Assembly: GCA_020137815.1 (NCBI GenBank)
Contig: CM035361.1
Span: 4,712,001-4,776,000 of the forward strand
DNA from: Hormiphora californensis
Lineage: Eukaryota; Animalia; Ctenophora
Length of the DNA stretch: 64,000 nt
Direction of reading: 5' to 3'
Position 1 is the first letter of the stretch. Every line of letters starts with the position of its first letter. This document shows positions 27,985 to 52,791 of this stretch, in pieces. The position numbers were made by a program, and so were the translations under genes. The notes beneath the pieces are model-generated. The model worked only from the letters and a program-made list of their open reading frames with translations. It was not told where the DNA came from and ran no database searches.

Positions 27985-28084
27985 NNNNNNNNNNNNNNNN
28001 NNNNNNNNNNNNNNNNNNNNNNNNNNNNNNNNNNNNNNNNNNNNNNNNNNNNNNNNNNNNNNNNNNNNNNNNNNNNNNNNNNNN
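27985..28084. other. Assembly gap (100 N)
   Basis: N run. Confidence 1.
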
Positions 28085-28364
28085 GAGGAAAATCAAAAAC
28101 CCTGAAAAAAGTGAACCAACAAACGAAGACAGCAGAAAATTAAAGGACCCCGGGAAACGCAAAAGACAATGACTGGGAACTAAAGAGCTCAGCAAAACAC
28201 AGAGAAAAGACGGTAGGCAACAGTGAAGAAGAGAAAAGAGAGGTCGTAGAGATTGAGAGAGTTGAGTCGAAGAGAGAAGGGAGCGGGAAAGATGAGAAGA
28301 GAGATGTAGAGAGAGAGAGAGAGAGGAAAGAGAAGTATGACCCCTAGGTCAAGTTCCCATGAGT

Positions 28365-28400
<36 letters not shown>

Positions 28401-28865
28401 AGGTGATAGCAGATAGATCGTGCCCTGCTCACGCCCTTCGCATGCAAATTAGAAACTATGTCACATTCCACTCTCCCCCCTAACTCTATAATATAGGGTG
28501 CAAGTTTTTTAAAGCCAAGAATATATCCTCTCAAGAACTCTTTTCCATGTTATATGCTTTGATAGCCCCGGTCCCTGCAGGTCTTGTGCGACACGTGCGG
28601 AAGTCACATCCAGCGATCAGTTGCCGAAAAAAGATGGGCAAAATTTGTCAAATTTGTTAATGCCGTCTCCATAGAGTTTCTTTCTCTCTCTATCCCTCTA
28701 TCTCTCTATCTCTCTATCCCTCTATCTCTCTATCTCTCTCGCTATCCCTTATTGTATCAACGAGATATTTCTTCCAGGCTGCCTTTCTGCCGCATGATTT
28801 TTATAGCGTATCGAGTGATCTCTGATCCCCAGCTATCTTTTCTTCTCTCTCTCTCTCTCTTTCTC

Positions 28866-28936
<71 letters not shown>

Positions 28937-29584
28937 CGGTCCCTAACTAAACCCTAACCTCCCCCGGTATAGCCATGTAGATGGATGTTAAGCATTATAA
29001 ACTTAGGATAGACCTACCACCACTGCACAGAGGAATGAACGAAGAGAAATTAATACAAGAAAGCTCGATTTATTGTTAACATCTTTCAAGACACTCCTAC
29101 AACTATCAGTAAGTTTTTCGATTTCCCCTACTGCCGGTGGCAATTACTTGATAACTAACTAACATTGATAACGAAATTACCCCTCAACGCGTCATAGGGC
29201 CGATGACTTCGTATCCAATAATTATTCATTGATGTTTGATAAAATACGTCTCCAAATTCCGAATCCTTTGGTTACGAAGTCATCCCTGTTATTATGTATA
29301 TTGCGAGCTATTATAGTGCGGAGGGGTAATTTCGAATTACCAGTTCCGAATCCTAGCACTGGAACTCTCTGCAGTAGCTGCATAGCGACACCCCTTTAAA
29401 TCATCAAAATCATATTACTATGTGAGTGTGTGACCAACACACCCTTCATTCCACATGTCTCTCTTTCTCTCTTTCTCTCTATCTCTCCATCTTTATAGCT
29501 AAATTCATCTTCTTCTACTCTCTTCAAGATTTAATTTCACTAATGGGTACTTTTCCCCAAAATACCATCCATAATCCTTTGTAT

Positions 29585-29693
29585 TAGAAACCGACCGGAC
29601 CAAGTAAACAGCCAATCAGAGCTCGTTATTTAGGTCACGTGACTGGTTATCAGCCAATCAGGGACCAGTATTTCCTGATTCGGCCGGTTCCTG
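29585..29693. mobile_element. hAT-type MITE copy (diverged)
   Basis: Same family core; imperfect TSD ctttgtat/ctttctat. Confidence 0.85.
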
Positions 29694-30079
29694 CTTTCTA
29701 TTACACCGCCCTCAGACCACAGTATAATATTCAGTGGTGTTTTTAAAACCAAAATTCAGTTTTGTTCATCTAAAAAGGACCGTTTGGCCGTTGGCGTTTT
29801 CATAGGTGAATCTAAAAGTAATACCCGATTTAAAAACTTCAGCCTACGCTCTAATTCAGTCTGATCTTCTAGCACAGCTTGTCTTATTTTCTAAGCCGAA
29901 TCAAGCACCCCCCTATGGGGCCCCTTAGGATACCTATATCAGGTAATAGCCGCATCTAACCCCTCTAAAACTTCCCCCTACTCCTCTTCTTAGGATACCT
30001 ATCTTGTCAGATAATAACCCTTCTTCATCTCTCCAGGATATATACCAAGTAATAGCCGCATCTAGTCCGGCATGGCGTA

Positions 30080-33000
30080 ATGATCAGTAGAGAGAAGAAC
30101 ACAACGAGAATTACAAGACATACCACCACTACGGCCGCCATTTCACTTCTTCTCCCTATATTTTTGATGATTTTAATGCCTTCCCCCGCTGATGCAATGT
30201 GCTTTGAGCCGCTCTACCGGATGCACCGGTTCTACGTTCAGGAGTACCGAGCGGCACCCTTTATAACAGGTTAGTTAGTGGGTTAGTTAGGGGAAACTCT
30301 AACTGAATGGCATCCCATTAATGGCATCCCATCAACAGTAAAACTCTAACTGATAATGGACCACAGTGATGGTTCTTTCTCTGTATTCTCTCTGTGTGCG
30401 CGCCCGTGCCCGGGCATGCCCTATAGTTCTTTCTCTGTATTCTCTCTGTAGGCAGTACATAGATGTACTGCCTACAGAGAGAATACAGAGAAAGAACCAT
30501 CACTGTGGTCCATTATCAGTTAGAGTTTTACTGTTGATGGGATCCCATTAATGGGATGCCATTCAGTTAGAGTTTCCCCTAAGGGGGTTACTTTGTCAGT
30601 TAGTTGGTTACTTTGTCAGTTAGTTGGTTACTTTGTCAGTTGGTGGATTACTTTGCCAGTTAGGGGGTTACTTTGTCAGTTAGGGTGTTACTTTGTCAGT
30701 TAGGGGGTTACTTTGTCAGTTAGGGGGTTGGTTAGAAAAAGTTGAGAGTGTAGGAAATTTTACCCTTTCTCAGATTTTTTGAGAGTCTACATTTTTTCTG
30801 TGAACAGATAATTGACTCGATAATCGATCACACGTTTCCAACGTTCGTTTTTCCTGCATTCGAAAGAGTTTCTCTCACTGCCCTTCTTTGTTTCTCTTAC
30901 TCTCTTTTTTCTCTTACTCTCTTCCACCTGCATGGTATTTCCATGCACCCTATTACTTTTTTAATCGATAGAACAATTATTCCGACATTCTTCCACCCAT
31001 AAAGAGAGAGAGAGAGATAGAAAGAGAGAGACAGAGAGACAGAGAGACAGAGAGAGAGACAGGGAGACAGAGAGAGAGAGAGAGAGATATATTATGGATT
31101 GATAAAGGTGTTGAACCAATCACGCCAAGAATATGCCGACTCGTGCTACCCTACGAATCAATTCGAGTTCCGCGGACTCTTCTGTTATCCCTTCTCTCTT
31201 CTTTTTCTCTTTATTCATGATCCTCGTGTCTCATAAAAATGCATCGCATAATTCTTTTTATGTAAAATGCTGAACACAAAAGAAGAAAAGGATAGGGTTT
31301 GGGGGAAATAGAAAACTTGGTGATCGGGGAGAATACGACCGTGCGCCAATAGTGGTCTTGACTGGAGAGCCAGATCAGAGATACTAAACTTACTTGACTT
31401 ACTTACTTAGTAAGTCAAGTAAGTTTAGTATCTCTGACTAAAATCAAAATATTATCCAAATTACAATCCACCTTTCTTTTTCAGTGATAATGTAATAATT
31501 ATGCACTGTACTGCTGTAGACATCACCCACACACTACATACACACACATCACCCACACATCTTTTTCAGTGGACTAAAGAGATCCTAAAATCAAAAGATT
31601 ATCCAAATTACCTTTCTCTTTCAGTGGGAAGAGTATCGGATGTGAACAACAACAGGACACACCAGAGTTTTCGATTTACCATCAGTTGTGTTTACAAGGC
31701 ACCAACAAACAAGAAAAACTTATTCTTGGGACAGGTATTCTACTTGATTTATATATAGTTTCGTTACTTTTCATAAACTGAGCCTTCTTAGGTACTTGAT
31801 TTATGACTTTTTTACTTTCCGAAAACTGTACAGTGAGCCCTTTAGCCCCCATAATTCCATAAGAATCTGCATATCCAAACTCGAATGAGAATATTCTGAC
31901 ACCTTCTTCCCACGCCCTCGTTCGATTCTCTTAGGCTTAACATCGCTCTCTTAGTAGATTTAACCCCCCTCCTTCACCCCCTTCAGACGCTGTCTCGTCT
32001 GGACCCGGCCTCCACCCAGCCTCCACCTGCACCCAACAATACCCCCTCCCCCTCACCTTCAATTGGATTTTAACCCCCCCCTCCTTCACCTGCACCCAAA
32101 AATACCCCCTCCCCCTCACCTTCAATTGGATTTTAACCCCCCCTCCTTCACCCCCTCCAGACGTTGTCCTTTGTCACGGAATATTCAGAGCCGTGTAGCC
32201 CCAAAGTGGTTACTGGAGAGGAATACCTCATTTTGTTTAAAGAAATCGAAACGAGGCGTAAAAAAGAAAGGTATACATATTTCTGAGTTTCTTTGTCAGG
32301 CCAGCTACTCTGACAGAAAGTGCAATACTAGATATCAAGGGCTCGCAAATACGTGAGATTATAGAAAGAGCCGAATATATCACCACCATTAATGACCTCA
32401 GAAGGCAGCCAGCCAATGATAGTATCTTGCAGCTGGCAACGAGCCAGGAATTTAGCTGACTATTTATGCTTATAAGCATATTATATCTCAGTCAGCTATA
32501 CTATCATAATCTTCCTCACTAACTTTTAACCCCCGGATACGTTTCCAGGAGGCGAAAGAAAAAGAAGAAAAACTCGAAAGTTCGAGATTTCACGCGTATG
32601 TAAGTTTCGAATTGAGAGCTGTGTTATGTTATGAATTGACTTACAATTGACTTGACTTAACTTTGACATGTTAGGTCATGTTATGAAGTGAAATAGGGCG
32701 AGAAAAAAGAACTGAGATACAATAAAACCTCGATATTGTACATTATATATCAAGGTTTTTTCATCTTAGATATATTTATTGATCTCGACATATCAGTTAC
32801 TCGAGATACTCAATAAATATAAGTCTAGTGTGACCTAGTTTGTTTTGTTCGAAACCCTGAAACAGGGTGGAACAAGGCAACAGAAAGCAGGAACCGACCG
32901 AATCAGGAAATACTGGTCCCTGATTGGCTGATAACCAGTCACGTGACCTAAATAACGAGTTCTGATTGGTTGTTTACTTGTTTCGGTCGGTTCCTGACAG

Positions 33001-36000
33001 AAAGTATGCAACACCGTCTGCACGATCCCTGCCTTCCCTTCTATCAATTGAAATCTTTTTCTTCTGCTGACCGCCCCTTTAGGTTCTATATTAACATGTA
33101 CTACAACTGTTTACTGTGAACATGGGACTTGTACAACGTGGTTATTTTGTTCGTGTTTTGTTGGAGCTGAGTTCGACTGTTTTGTTAGATGTTTTAGACA
33201 GTACATTTGTTTGTCATATTTGTCTGTTCGCATTATAGCGTGTATTAAACTGTGTTAAACTGTGTTAAATATTGTACCCCCTGCCTGCTGGCGCACTAAC
33301 CTTTTTTAATCTTACTCGCCTTTCTTTCTTATCAAAGAAAGAAATCTTTATAAAGGAGCAGATCAGATTCAATTCAATTTTGCTGACCTTCCCTTCAATT
33401 CTCTAGGCAGTTAAAAAAGCGACTAAGGCGAAATCAGTACGTAAACAGATCTCTACGGTTATTATAATTGTTTCTCTTACCCATTTCAGCATTTTAACAA
33501 AATATATTTCTTCGCTGTCATGCGTTTAGATAAAAAATAGCACTCTACCTTCTATCATTTCTGTGTGTAGATCACTGCAATACAATATCATATTATGTTC
33601 TGTTTATGTGTCCAATTAATACGCTAAATTGAGCTGAAAAAATATAAAGAAGATTGACAATCTTTGATAATACCTATCTTTATCTCTATTCTATCTTGAT
33701 TGACCGAAAAAAAGAGAAAACTATGATTCTTTAATCTTTGATACTCTACCATAATAATCCGATGATTATCGCTAAAAGTGGCTGAACATCTTTCCAAGCC
33801 TGCTGCATCCCTATTAGAGCACACGATGATAATCCTATCGTACCCTGCTATATCGCTCTATCTATCTTTTTACCCACGTGTTTTAATTGGTTTTCTATCT
33901 TTTTTCAGAATTATCGCCACACCGGTGCCCATCTCGGAGATATCAGAGAGTGCCACGGGGTTCAGCCAAATCATCCACCACACAAAAGTGTACGAACCCG
34001 TGGGGCAGTGCTACAGTAAGTTTGACAGAAAGGGGACATTGTATTATAATGATCACGGCTGGCCAGTGTGACAGAAAGGGCTGGTCAGTGTGACAGAAAG
34101 GGCTGGTCAGTGTGACAGAAAGGGCTGGTCAGTGTGACAGAAAGGGCTGGTCAGTGTGACAGAAAGGGCTGGTCAGTGTGACAGAAAGGGCTGGTCAGTG
34201 TGACAGAAAGGGCTGGTCATTGTGACAGAAAGGGCTGGTCAGTGTGACAGAAAGGACTGGTCAGTGTGACAGAAAGGGCTGGTCAGTGTGACAGAAAGGG
34301 CTGGTCAGTGTGACAGAAAGGGCTGGTCAGTGTGACAGAAAGGACTGGTCAGTGTGACAGTAAGGGCTGGTCAGTGTGACAGAAAGGGCTGGTTAGTGTG
34401 ACAGAAAGGGCTGGTCAGTGTGACAGAAAGGGGAGGGGCCTATGATAGGGATAAATCGTAGAGGTGTAACATATTTCCCTCGGCGTCGCCAGTGGTTGAC
34501 CACGGTCTTCCTGGAGCAGTGGAGCGTCTGAAGTAACATGCTCTGCATAAACTGATTGGTGGGTGGCCTTGCTACGGCGGAGTGGTGGACACTGGACGTG
34601 CTGGGGCGCCTAATAAGCGTGCTCGGTGCGGCCGCCGCTACTTTCGGGCAGGTCACTCGCCAGACGCAGCAAGTACAAACAAACAAACAAACAACATATT
34701 TCCCCATTGATCCAAATTACCCCAAATTATTATTACCCCAAATGATTCTTATTGATTCCCCTTCCTAGTAGGAATCCTACTCAGCTACTAGGCACCCTTC
34801 CAATTTACGACTAATTCGGGGTCTGACTGTATTTTTAAAAAATGTTCGAGGTTAATTTGACAAAATTAACATTTTTCACAGATGTTTGGTCTCCGTGGAG
34901 TGCATGTAGCCAAAAGTGCAGCGTGGGCGAGATGACAAGGACGTACAGCCGGTACAACAAAACACCCTTTACCCAGCGGGCAGTTTGTTACAATGCACCT
35001 TGTGGTTCCCTCTCCTCTAGTACGAGCAAGGTTAGATCTTTAACACCTTATTAGGACATTACGTACCATATATGGGCATGGAAACAGTCCTTATTAGGGC
35101 ATTGTATCATGATCTTAAACATCTCGCCATTTCACATTCCAACTTATTTCCTGCCCTGACTTCACCTCTTTTAATATGCGAAACAACTTTGCACCTTTTT
35201 CGTAATCATTTAATGAGAAAGGATGGGCTTTTCATTTCTGCAGTTTGTTTCATCAAGCCGGCTTTTCCGCTTTCGTACTCCCTTCTGTATTTTGTTATAA
35301 CACATCACTCGCGTAATCGGTGGCGTCCGAAAGTATGAGACTGAGTCGGGCGACTTGAAATGGGGCCCGGGGGGCCGAGGGGTTCAACAGGAAGATGAAA
35401 GTTGATAAATTTAGATATTATACTTAGTAGAAACAATCCATTGTCTCGTAGACATTCCATTCTCTCCTAATTTCTCCCTCTCGCTTCGCTGCTTTTCATG
35501 AATCAGAGTCGCCTAAATCCAAGACGATCCAGGAAATGTAACACATTTCTATTCGTGTGATTTTACAATGAAATTTTCGAATATATTAGCACTTTTATTG
35601 TTTTATTCTCCTAAATGCACGTTTATTCCTGATTCCCTTAGCAACCTAACAGCACACGTCTCACGACTCACAGTCCTACCTCCGTACATACGGATACAGT
35701 AGGCACTGGCCCTCATTTTTTGGCCCATGAAAAATACCAACAATTAGGTTTAGGATCCCAAAAATAATCTCTTTCAGGAGGCAGGACAGAATCAGCCGGT
35801 GAAGGATGGTAACTGTAAATCGATCGATCTGGTGGCCGTCAAATGGTGCAATCGACACTACTCCTGTCCCCAGGACTCACATTACATACACACTGCGGTA
35901 AGAAGCTGAATCGTTATATTATCACAATATCACATGGTCTTGCAATTTTTTCTTTTATTCCTCTAGTTGACACCCACCCCTCCCCTCTCTTCACGTAACA

Positions 36001-36509
36001 ACTCCAAATCAATCCAACTTTATTTATAACACCCCGATCCCCACAGTTATCGTGGAAGTTGGCACCTGTGTTAATGACCTGTCAGGAGTCAACAGGGGAT
36101 GAATCATTACAATATAGGAACGTGGCCGTGCCAGGCGAATGCGGGTAAGGGAACTTAGGGAAACACAAATCGAAACGAGGTGTCTTGAATTGTTCAAGCT
36201 CCAGATAACACTGTCACCAGCATCTCAAAATATATACCAATTCCACTAAGATAGCTCAGCTCAGATAGTGTTTAAATGACTTGTTATGTAGGATTTAGTG
36301 TTAATTTGTCCTTTTATTTCAATAATCCCAAGACTCAAACCACACCCCCTTTCAGGTGTGATACTGATAGCCACAATAGTCAGTACCAGTACGCCATCAT
36401 AGATTCCCCATCGGATCCCTTCGCCAATCCTGGGCTAACCAGCCCTCACAACCGGAGATCCCCAGTCTCAGGTCGGGGAAGGGCGGGAAGGAGGCGGGGC
36501 AAAACATGA
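30080..36509 (+). CDS. Secreted 381-aa protein: signal peptide + NTR/NtA-like domain + TSP1 + C-terminal cystine-knot-like domain (CCN-like)
   Basis: Exons 30080-30269, 31625-31734, 32161-32270, 32549-32599, 33909-34015, 34882-35030, 35642-35698, 35778-35897, 36047-36144, 36356-36509 sum to 1146 nt in consistent phase. Motifs: CSPKVVTGEEYLI, WSPWSACSQKCSVGEMTR, NCKSIDLVAVKWCNRHYSC...MTC...PGECGC. Confidence 0.8.
30290..30579. mobile_element. 290-bp foldback MITE (near-perfect palindrome), possibly PIF/Harbinger-like
   Basis: ggggaaactctaactgaatggcatccc...gggatgccattcagttagagtttcccc, flanked by TTA and TAA. Confidence 0.8.
30583..30730. repeat. 20-bp minisatellite (GGTTACTTTGTCAGTTAGGG)
   Basis: About 7 copies visible. 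Confidence 0.92.
31375..31437. repeat. Short perfect hairpin
   Basis: tcagagatactaaacttacttgacttac...gtaagtcaagtaagtttagtatctctga. Confidence 0.85.
32888..32996. mobile_element. 109-bp hAT-type MITE, TSD acagaaag
   Basis: Perfect 8-bp TSD. Confidence 0.93.
34057..34432. repeat. 21-bp minisatellite (GGCTGGTCAGTGTGACAGAAA) resembling the adjacent donor region
   Basis: About 17 copies; compare donor gtaagtttgacagaaaggg at 34016. Confidence 0.93.
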
Positions 36510-38106
36510 GCGGCATCCTGTGTGTTGATATAGTGAGACATCCAATCCAAGAGGACATGCCCATGAAAGATGAAGCTGAGATATGTTAGTGGGCTGAACA
36601 ATGCTGTAGTGAGAGAGAGAGGGAGATAGGGAGAGAGAGCGGAATAAACTGAGAAAAAAGAGAGACAATGATTCAGATAGAAACTATACAAAACAATCGT
36701 TCTCGGGAGAATTTCTCATTCCCTCGTTCCTAGCCTATCCCTCTCTCAAGTTTTAGATTTATTTGACCTTCAAGTTCATACGCGTCACGTGAATTTTATC
36801 CTGTATATGAAATTGAATATCTATATCGCCTATTGTATCGGTATATTATACTGACTTTGAATTTGACAAAGAATCAAAAGTTAAGCGTGTGTGAAATATG
36901 AATTCTTGACCCCTCTACTAAACATTTTGTATTTCTTTTGGGCTCCAGACAATATATTTTCGACTCCAAATATAAAATGGAAACTATTAGATGTTCAGGC
37001 GTTAATTAGAGGTCCAGGAGGTAGGAATTTAGCGTCTTGGGCAACTCTTTTACGTAGCGCGCGGTATTAACAAAAGTACACATTCGTGAGATGGCGCGCG
37101 GCGCGGCGTGTGGGTTTGCTTGAATAGAAGGAGAGAAAAAAAATCAGAAATTTTCAAACCAAACAAATTTGATTTTCAATTTTGTCTTTTGGCATACGTT
37201 GCAGGCCCCTTATAATATAATATAAGGGGCCTGGAGGGAATACCGCGCTAGGGGGGAATACATAATCAATCATATCTCCGGTTCCAGATAAGGTACAGAA
37301 ATCGTTTTGGTAGCGTTGGAAAGAGGAAGATAACAGCTTTCAAATGCAACCGGTTTCAGGTCTCTATCTTATCAGGAACAGGAGATATGAACCAAACTCC
37401 GCAAAATCGAGTGCGGTAAAATAAAAATTCGAGATTTTAATTCAAATTTGAAACAAAGTGTCCCTGCAGGGACCTGTGACGTCACTTTTTGAAAACAACC
37501 AATCTTTGAACGGCTATTGCTCAGCCTCCTCAAGTCCAATTAACTTCTCTCAAAAACAGCAAGGTAGATAATTGTCAGATCTAACAGCTAGTGAAAGAAT
37601 CAAGCAAAACGGACTTCAGGGGCCAAAGTTATAAGCACCGCCGTTTTTTCGACCGCAAAGTTATTTTCGACCCAGCCGGGCTCAGGCCAAACGCGCGCGC
37701 GGCATTCCCTCCAGTCCCCTCGTTGCGGGGGTGCGCGCATGAGGGGGCTGCAGCGCATTCCAATTTTGTCTTTTGACTCGTAAGTTTCGAGATAGCCTTT
37801 AGGGCTTTATCTCGGCTAAAACACAAAAAACGAGACTTCTTCTTCTTCTTCTTGGAGCAGCTGGTATTTTGCAAGCCCGTGTGTTGGGCTTGTCGGTTTA
37901 CCACAAGGGCTTCCTCGAGTCTCGGATTTGCCGCCGCTTGGGGGGTTTTCTGCTCATGATTGATATACGACCTGGGGGTCGAATTACTTCTGAGAAGTAC
38001 CCCAGGTTGAAAAAACGAGACTTAACACTGCCACAATGATTATATTCCCTGAACCACCTTCTCTGTTTTTCTTTTAATAACCAATAAATCGCCCTAGGCT
38101 GAAAAA

Positions 38107-38748
38107 ATGGCTGACGATGAATCAGAGACCTACAAGCTTGTGGAGGGTACGAAAGACCCTCATGCACCTTTGTCACGACAGAGGCTACCTTGTTACACAA
38201 GACGAGTTAGATTTTACCCTGGACCAGTTCAAAGAAGCAGTATGGTGATCGGCCAAGCGAGGGAAAACCATCCCGAACAAAACTATCCATCCTGGTAGCT
38301 CATAACGTTGACCCCACAGATCAGATGTTCATTTTCTTCCCTGAGGAGGAGAAAGTGGGAATTAAAACGATCAAGGCATACTTTCACCAAAATGCAACAG
38401 GAGAACATTATGCGATCGATCATTGTAGGTCCGAGGAGGACTGACTCCTTCTGCCAAGGGTGGAATTAACTGACATGGCACCAAAAGTATCACATGGAAA
38501 CATTCTTTGAAACTGAGCTCCTGATCAACATTACCGAGCACACTCTTGTCCCGGAGCACAGTGTGATGAGTAATGATGAGAAGAAAGAGCTAATGCAGCG
38601 GTATCGGTTGAAAGAAAGCCAACTCCCCAGGATCCAGACTTCGGACCCGGTGGCAAGGATATTTTGGGTTGAGGCGGGGACAAGTTGTTAGGATTGTGAG
38701 GAATAGTGAAACAGCGGGAGATACGTTACATATCGTCTTGTAATTTGA
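38107..38748 (+). CDS. POLR2E: RNA polymerases I/II/III shared subunit RPABC1 (RPB5), intronless; frameshifts probably sequencing errors
   Basis: Frame-corrected: [31 protein letters not shown]...[22 protein letters not shown]...[15 protein letters not shown]...[41 protein letters not shown]. About 8 single-base indels, mostly at homopolymers. Confidence 0.95.
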
Positions 38749-38993
38749 TAAAATCCCAAGTCTTTTTACAGCAGAACACTTCTTTTTTATCGTTTATTTA
38801 TCTGACTATTTTATGTTACATTTTCTGTGTTTTCTATTCTTCACATCCAATCCCTAAATCCCGACCTCTCCCTTCCCAGTCTCCCTTCCTTAACCCCACC
38901 CCTGGCCCTCCCCCTTCCTAGACCCCTTCCTAAACAAACCCCATTTATTGTAGCAGATATTTAACTAAGCTACGTGATGGTCGGTAATGGATA

Positions 38994-50600
<11,607 letters not shown>

Positions 50601-51374
50601 TAATAACAGTGCTATATATTTCATAAATCTATATAATATGTTTTAAATGAGAGTTTTAGTTTTAATCAGAGCTACTAAAAATATATTTTGTTTTAGTATT
50701 TTGCGCTTTTATCACCCACAATTCTTCACTATTATAGGGTGTTAGTTTTCCGACACATACAGTCGACCCCGATTTATCAGGATGCTCGGGGGAAAGGGTT
50801 TAGCCTGGTAAATCGGGGTGCCCGATAGATCGGGGCGAAATACCGTTAATTTCTTATATCGAGGGAAGTTTATCCTGCCGGTAAATCGGGGTTCTGGTAA
50901 ATCTGGGTTCGGCTGTATATATCATTTGGACACCCTGTATGACACACAATAGTGTAATTATTAATTTATTTTCTGTTATCTAGAGACTCTTGGAGAAATT
51001 CAACTCTGACCCTCTACCCGTCGTCATCTTCAGCCGCTGAACACACTTCAATTTCTTGGGCATTCAAAATAATTGGAAATGTCATCAAAACTATTTTAAA
51101 CTTCTTTAAATTAGTAAGCTGATTTAGATTAACTGTGGAATTTAGATCGATATCTTGGGGTTTTAGTTTTGTGTTAGTCTTTATTTTGAACGATGTTAGT
51201 TGTTACTTTTGAAGCGTTAGTTATATTTTGAGACGTTGTGAACCTAAATTTTCATTTATTGATTATTTTCATCCATTACAGCCTTTCAATCCCTCAAATA
51301 TATATCACCACAATGAGTTCCCCCCCCCCCCTCCCTGGAGCTAGCCCTGCACCACAATTTGGCAGTCTCCATTG

Positions 51375-51483
51375 CAAGAACCAACCGAATCAGGAAATAC
51401 TGGTCCCTGATTGGCTGATAACCAATCACGTGACCTAAATGACGAGTTCTGATTGGTTGTTTACTTGTTTCGGTCGGTTCCTG
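51375..51483. mobile_element. 109-bp hAT-type MITE, TSD ctccattg
   Basis: Perfect 8-bp TSD. Confidence 0.92.
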
Positions 51484-51721
51484 CTCCATTGTGATACTTA
51501 CCATTTCTCACCAAAACACATTTATGAGGTCATTGCCATTTCCCTCAACCCCAATATATATTTCTATTAGTAAGGGACATGGTGGGATTTTAGCTGACAC
51601 ACCTGGCAAGGGAAACCAATAACAAGGACAAAGGAAAGGGACGACACAAGTGATATATAATATCAGCTCTGTACTTTGGACAGTAGGGAATGTGGAGAGA
51701 GAAAGGGGATAGGGAAACCAG

Positions 51722-52758
51722 ATGAGACCTCTGCTACTTAAAACTATTCATTTTGTTCGTAAAAATAAGGTTTGTCTAAACTTGACTTAGGGCAGATTCC
51801 ACGAGTGGTAGTTCCGAACTCCATGAATAACACTTCTCCACCCGACACGATCAGTCTGAAGCTTTTATTTACATGGGACTCAACTGGAGGGTGTAACTTT
51901 GAATTGTTTATACAGATTATAACGCAACCCCCGGCCTCTCTTCTGATTTCATCCAATTTTCAAAAGGATGATTTACTAACATTAAACTAAGATGACCTAA
52001 AATTGAGAACGCATTTTATTAAAAGCCCTCATAATTCCAATAACTGTCCCATCAGGTTAAAACTGCCGTTGGGGTGTCCATCGCATCAGCAGTAGTTGCA
52101 ATCAGGAAATGCTGGTCCCTGATTGTCTGATAACCAGTCACGTGACCTAAATAACGAGTTCTGATTGGTTGTTTACTTGTTTCAGGTTAAAACTGCCGTT
52201 GGTGTGTCCATCGCATCGGCAGTAGTCGCAACACCCGTCTATGTGTATAATGCTAAAGTCAGCCCTGCTATTGTAGCTACTGCGTGTGTTAGGACTGGTC
52301 GTGCTGTAGGTAAATATAAGGGTAGATTATAGTTGGAAATGAAATTACTACACAGTCGGACCCCGATTTACCGGGCCCCGATTTACCGGAACCCCGATTT
52401 ACCGGGAGGATAAACTTCCCCCGATATGGAAAAGTAACGGTATTTGACCCCGATATACCGGGCACCCGCCACCCCGATTTACCGGGCAAAACCCTTTCCC
52501 CCGAGCATCCCGGTAAATCGGGGTCCGACTGTACTATATATATAGGGGTGACTTCGTAACCAAGGAGGGTAGATTGAAAAATAGGGAGTTAGAATTCCCA
52601 AGAGTGCAAATAAAAGAGTTTTTTTTTAAATGTCAGTTATTTCCGCTAACAAAATGTATGTTTTTAGTAACGGTGGCCCAGGCTGCGGCGTTATTCAAGT
52701 ATAACACATGGGATGATAGTTTGTGTACAAAGGAGTACATGTCACAGGTAATATAATA

Positions 52759-52791
<33 letters not shown>

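Noticed and set aside
32835-33047. ORFs containing EPTETSKQPIRTRYLGHVTGYQPIRDQYFL (several in the window)
   Set aside because: Translations of the hAT MITE, not genes.
33082-33170. Extra exon of the CCN-like gene
   Set aside because: Weak donor and one frame has a stop; exons 4 and 5 join in phase without it.
37005-37790. Transposon-like interior upstream of RPB5
   Set aside because: Could not define TIRs or a TSD with confidence.
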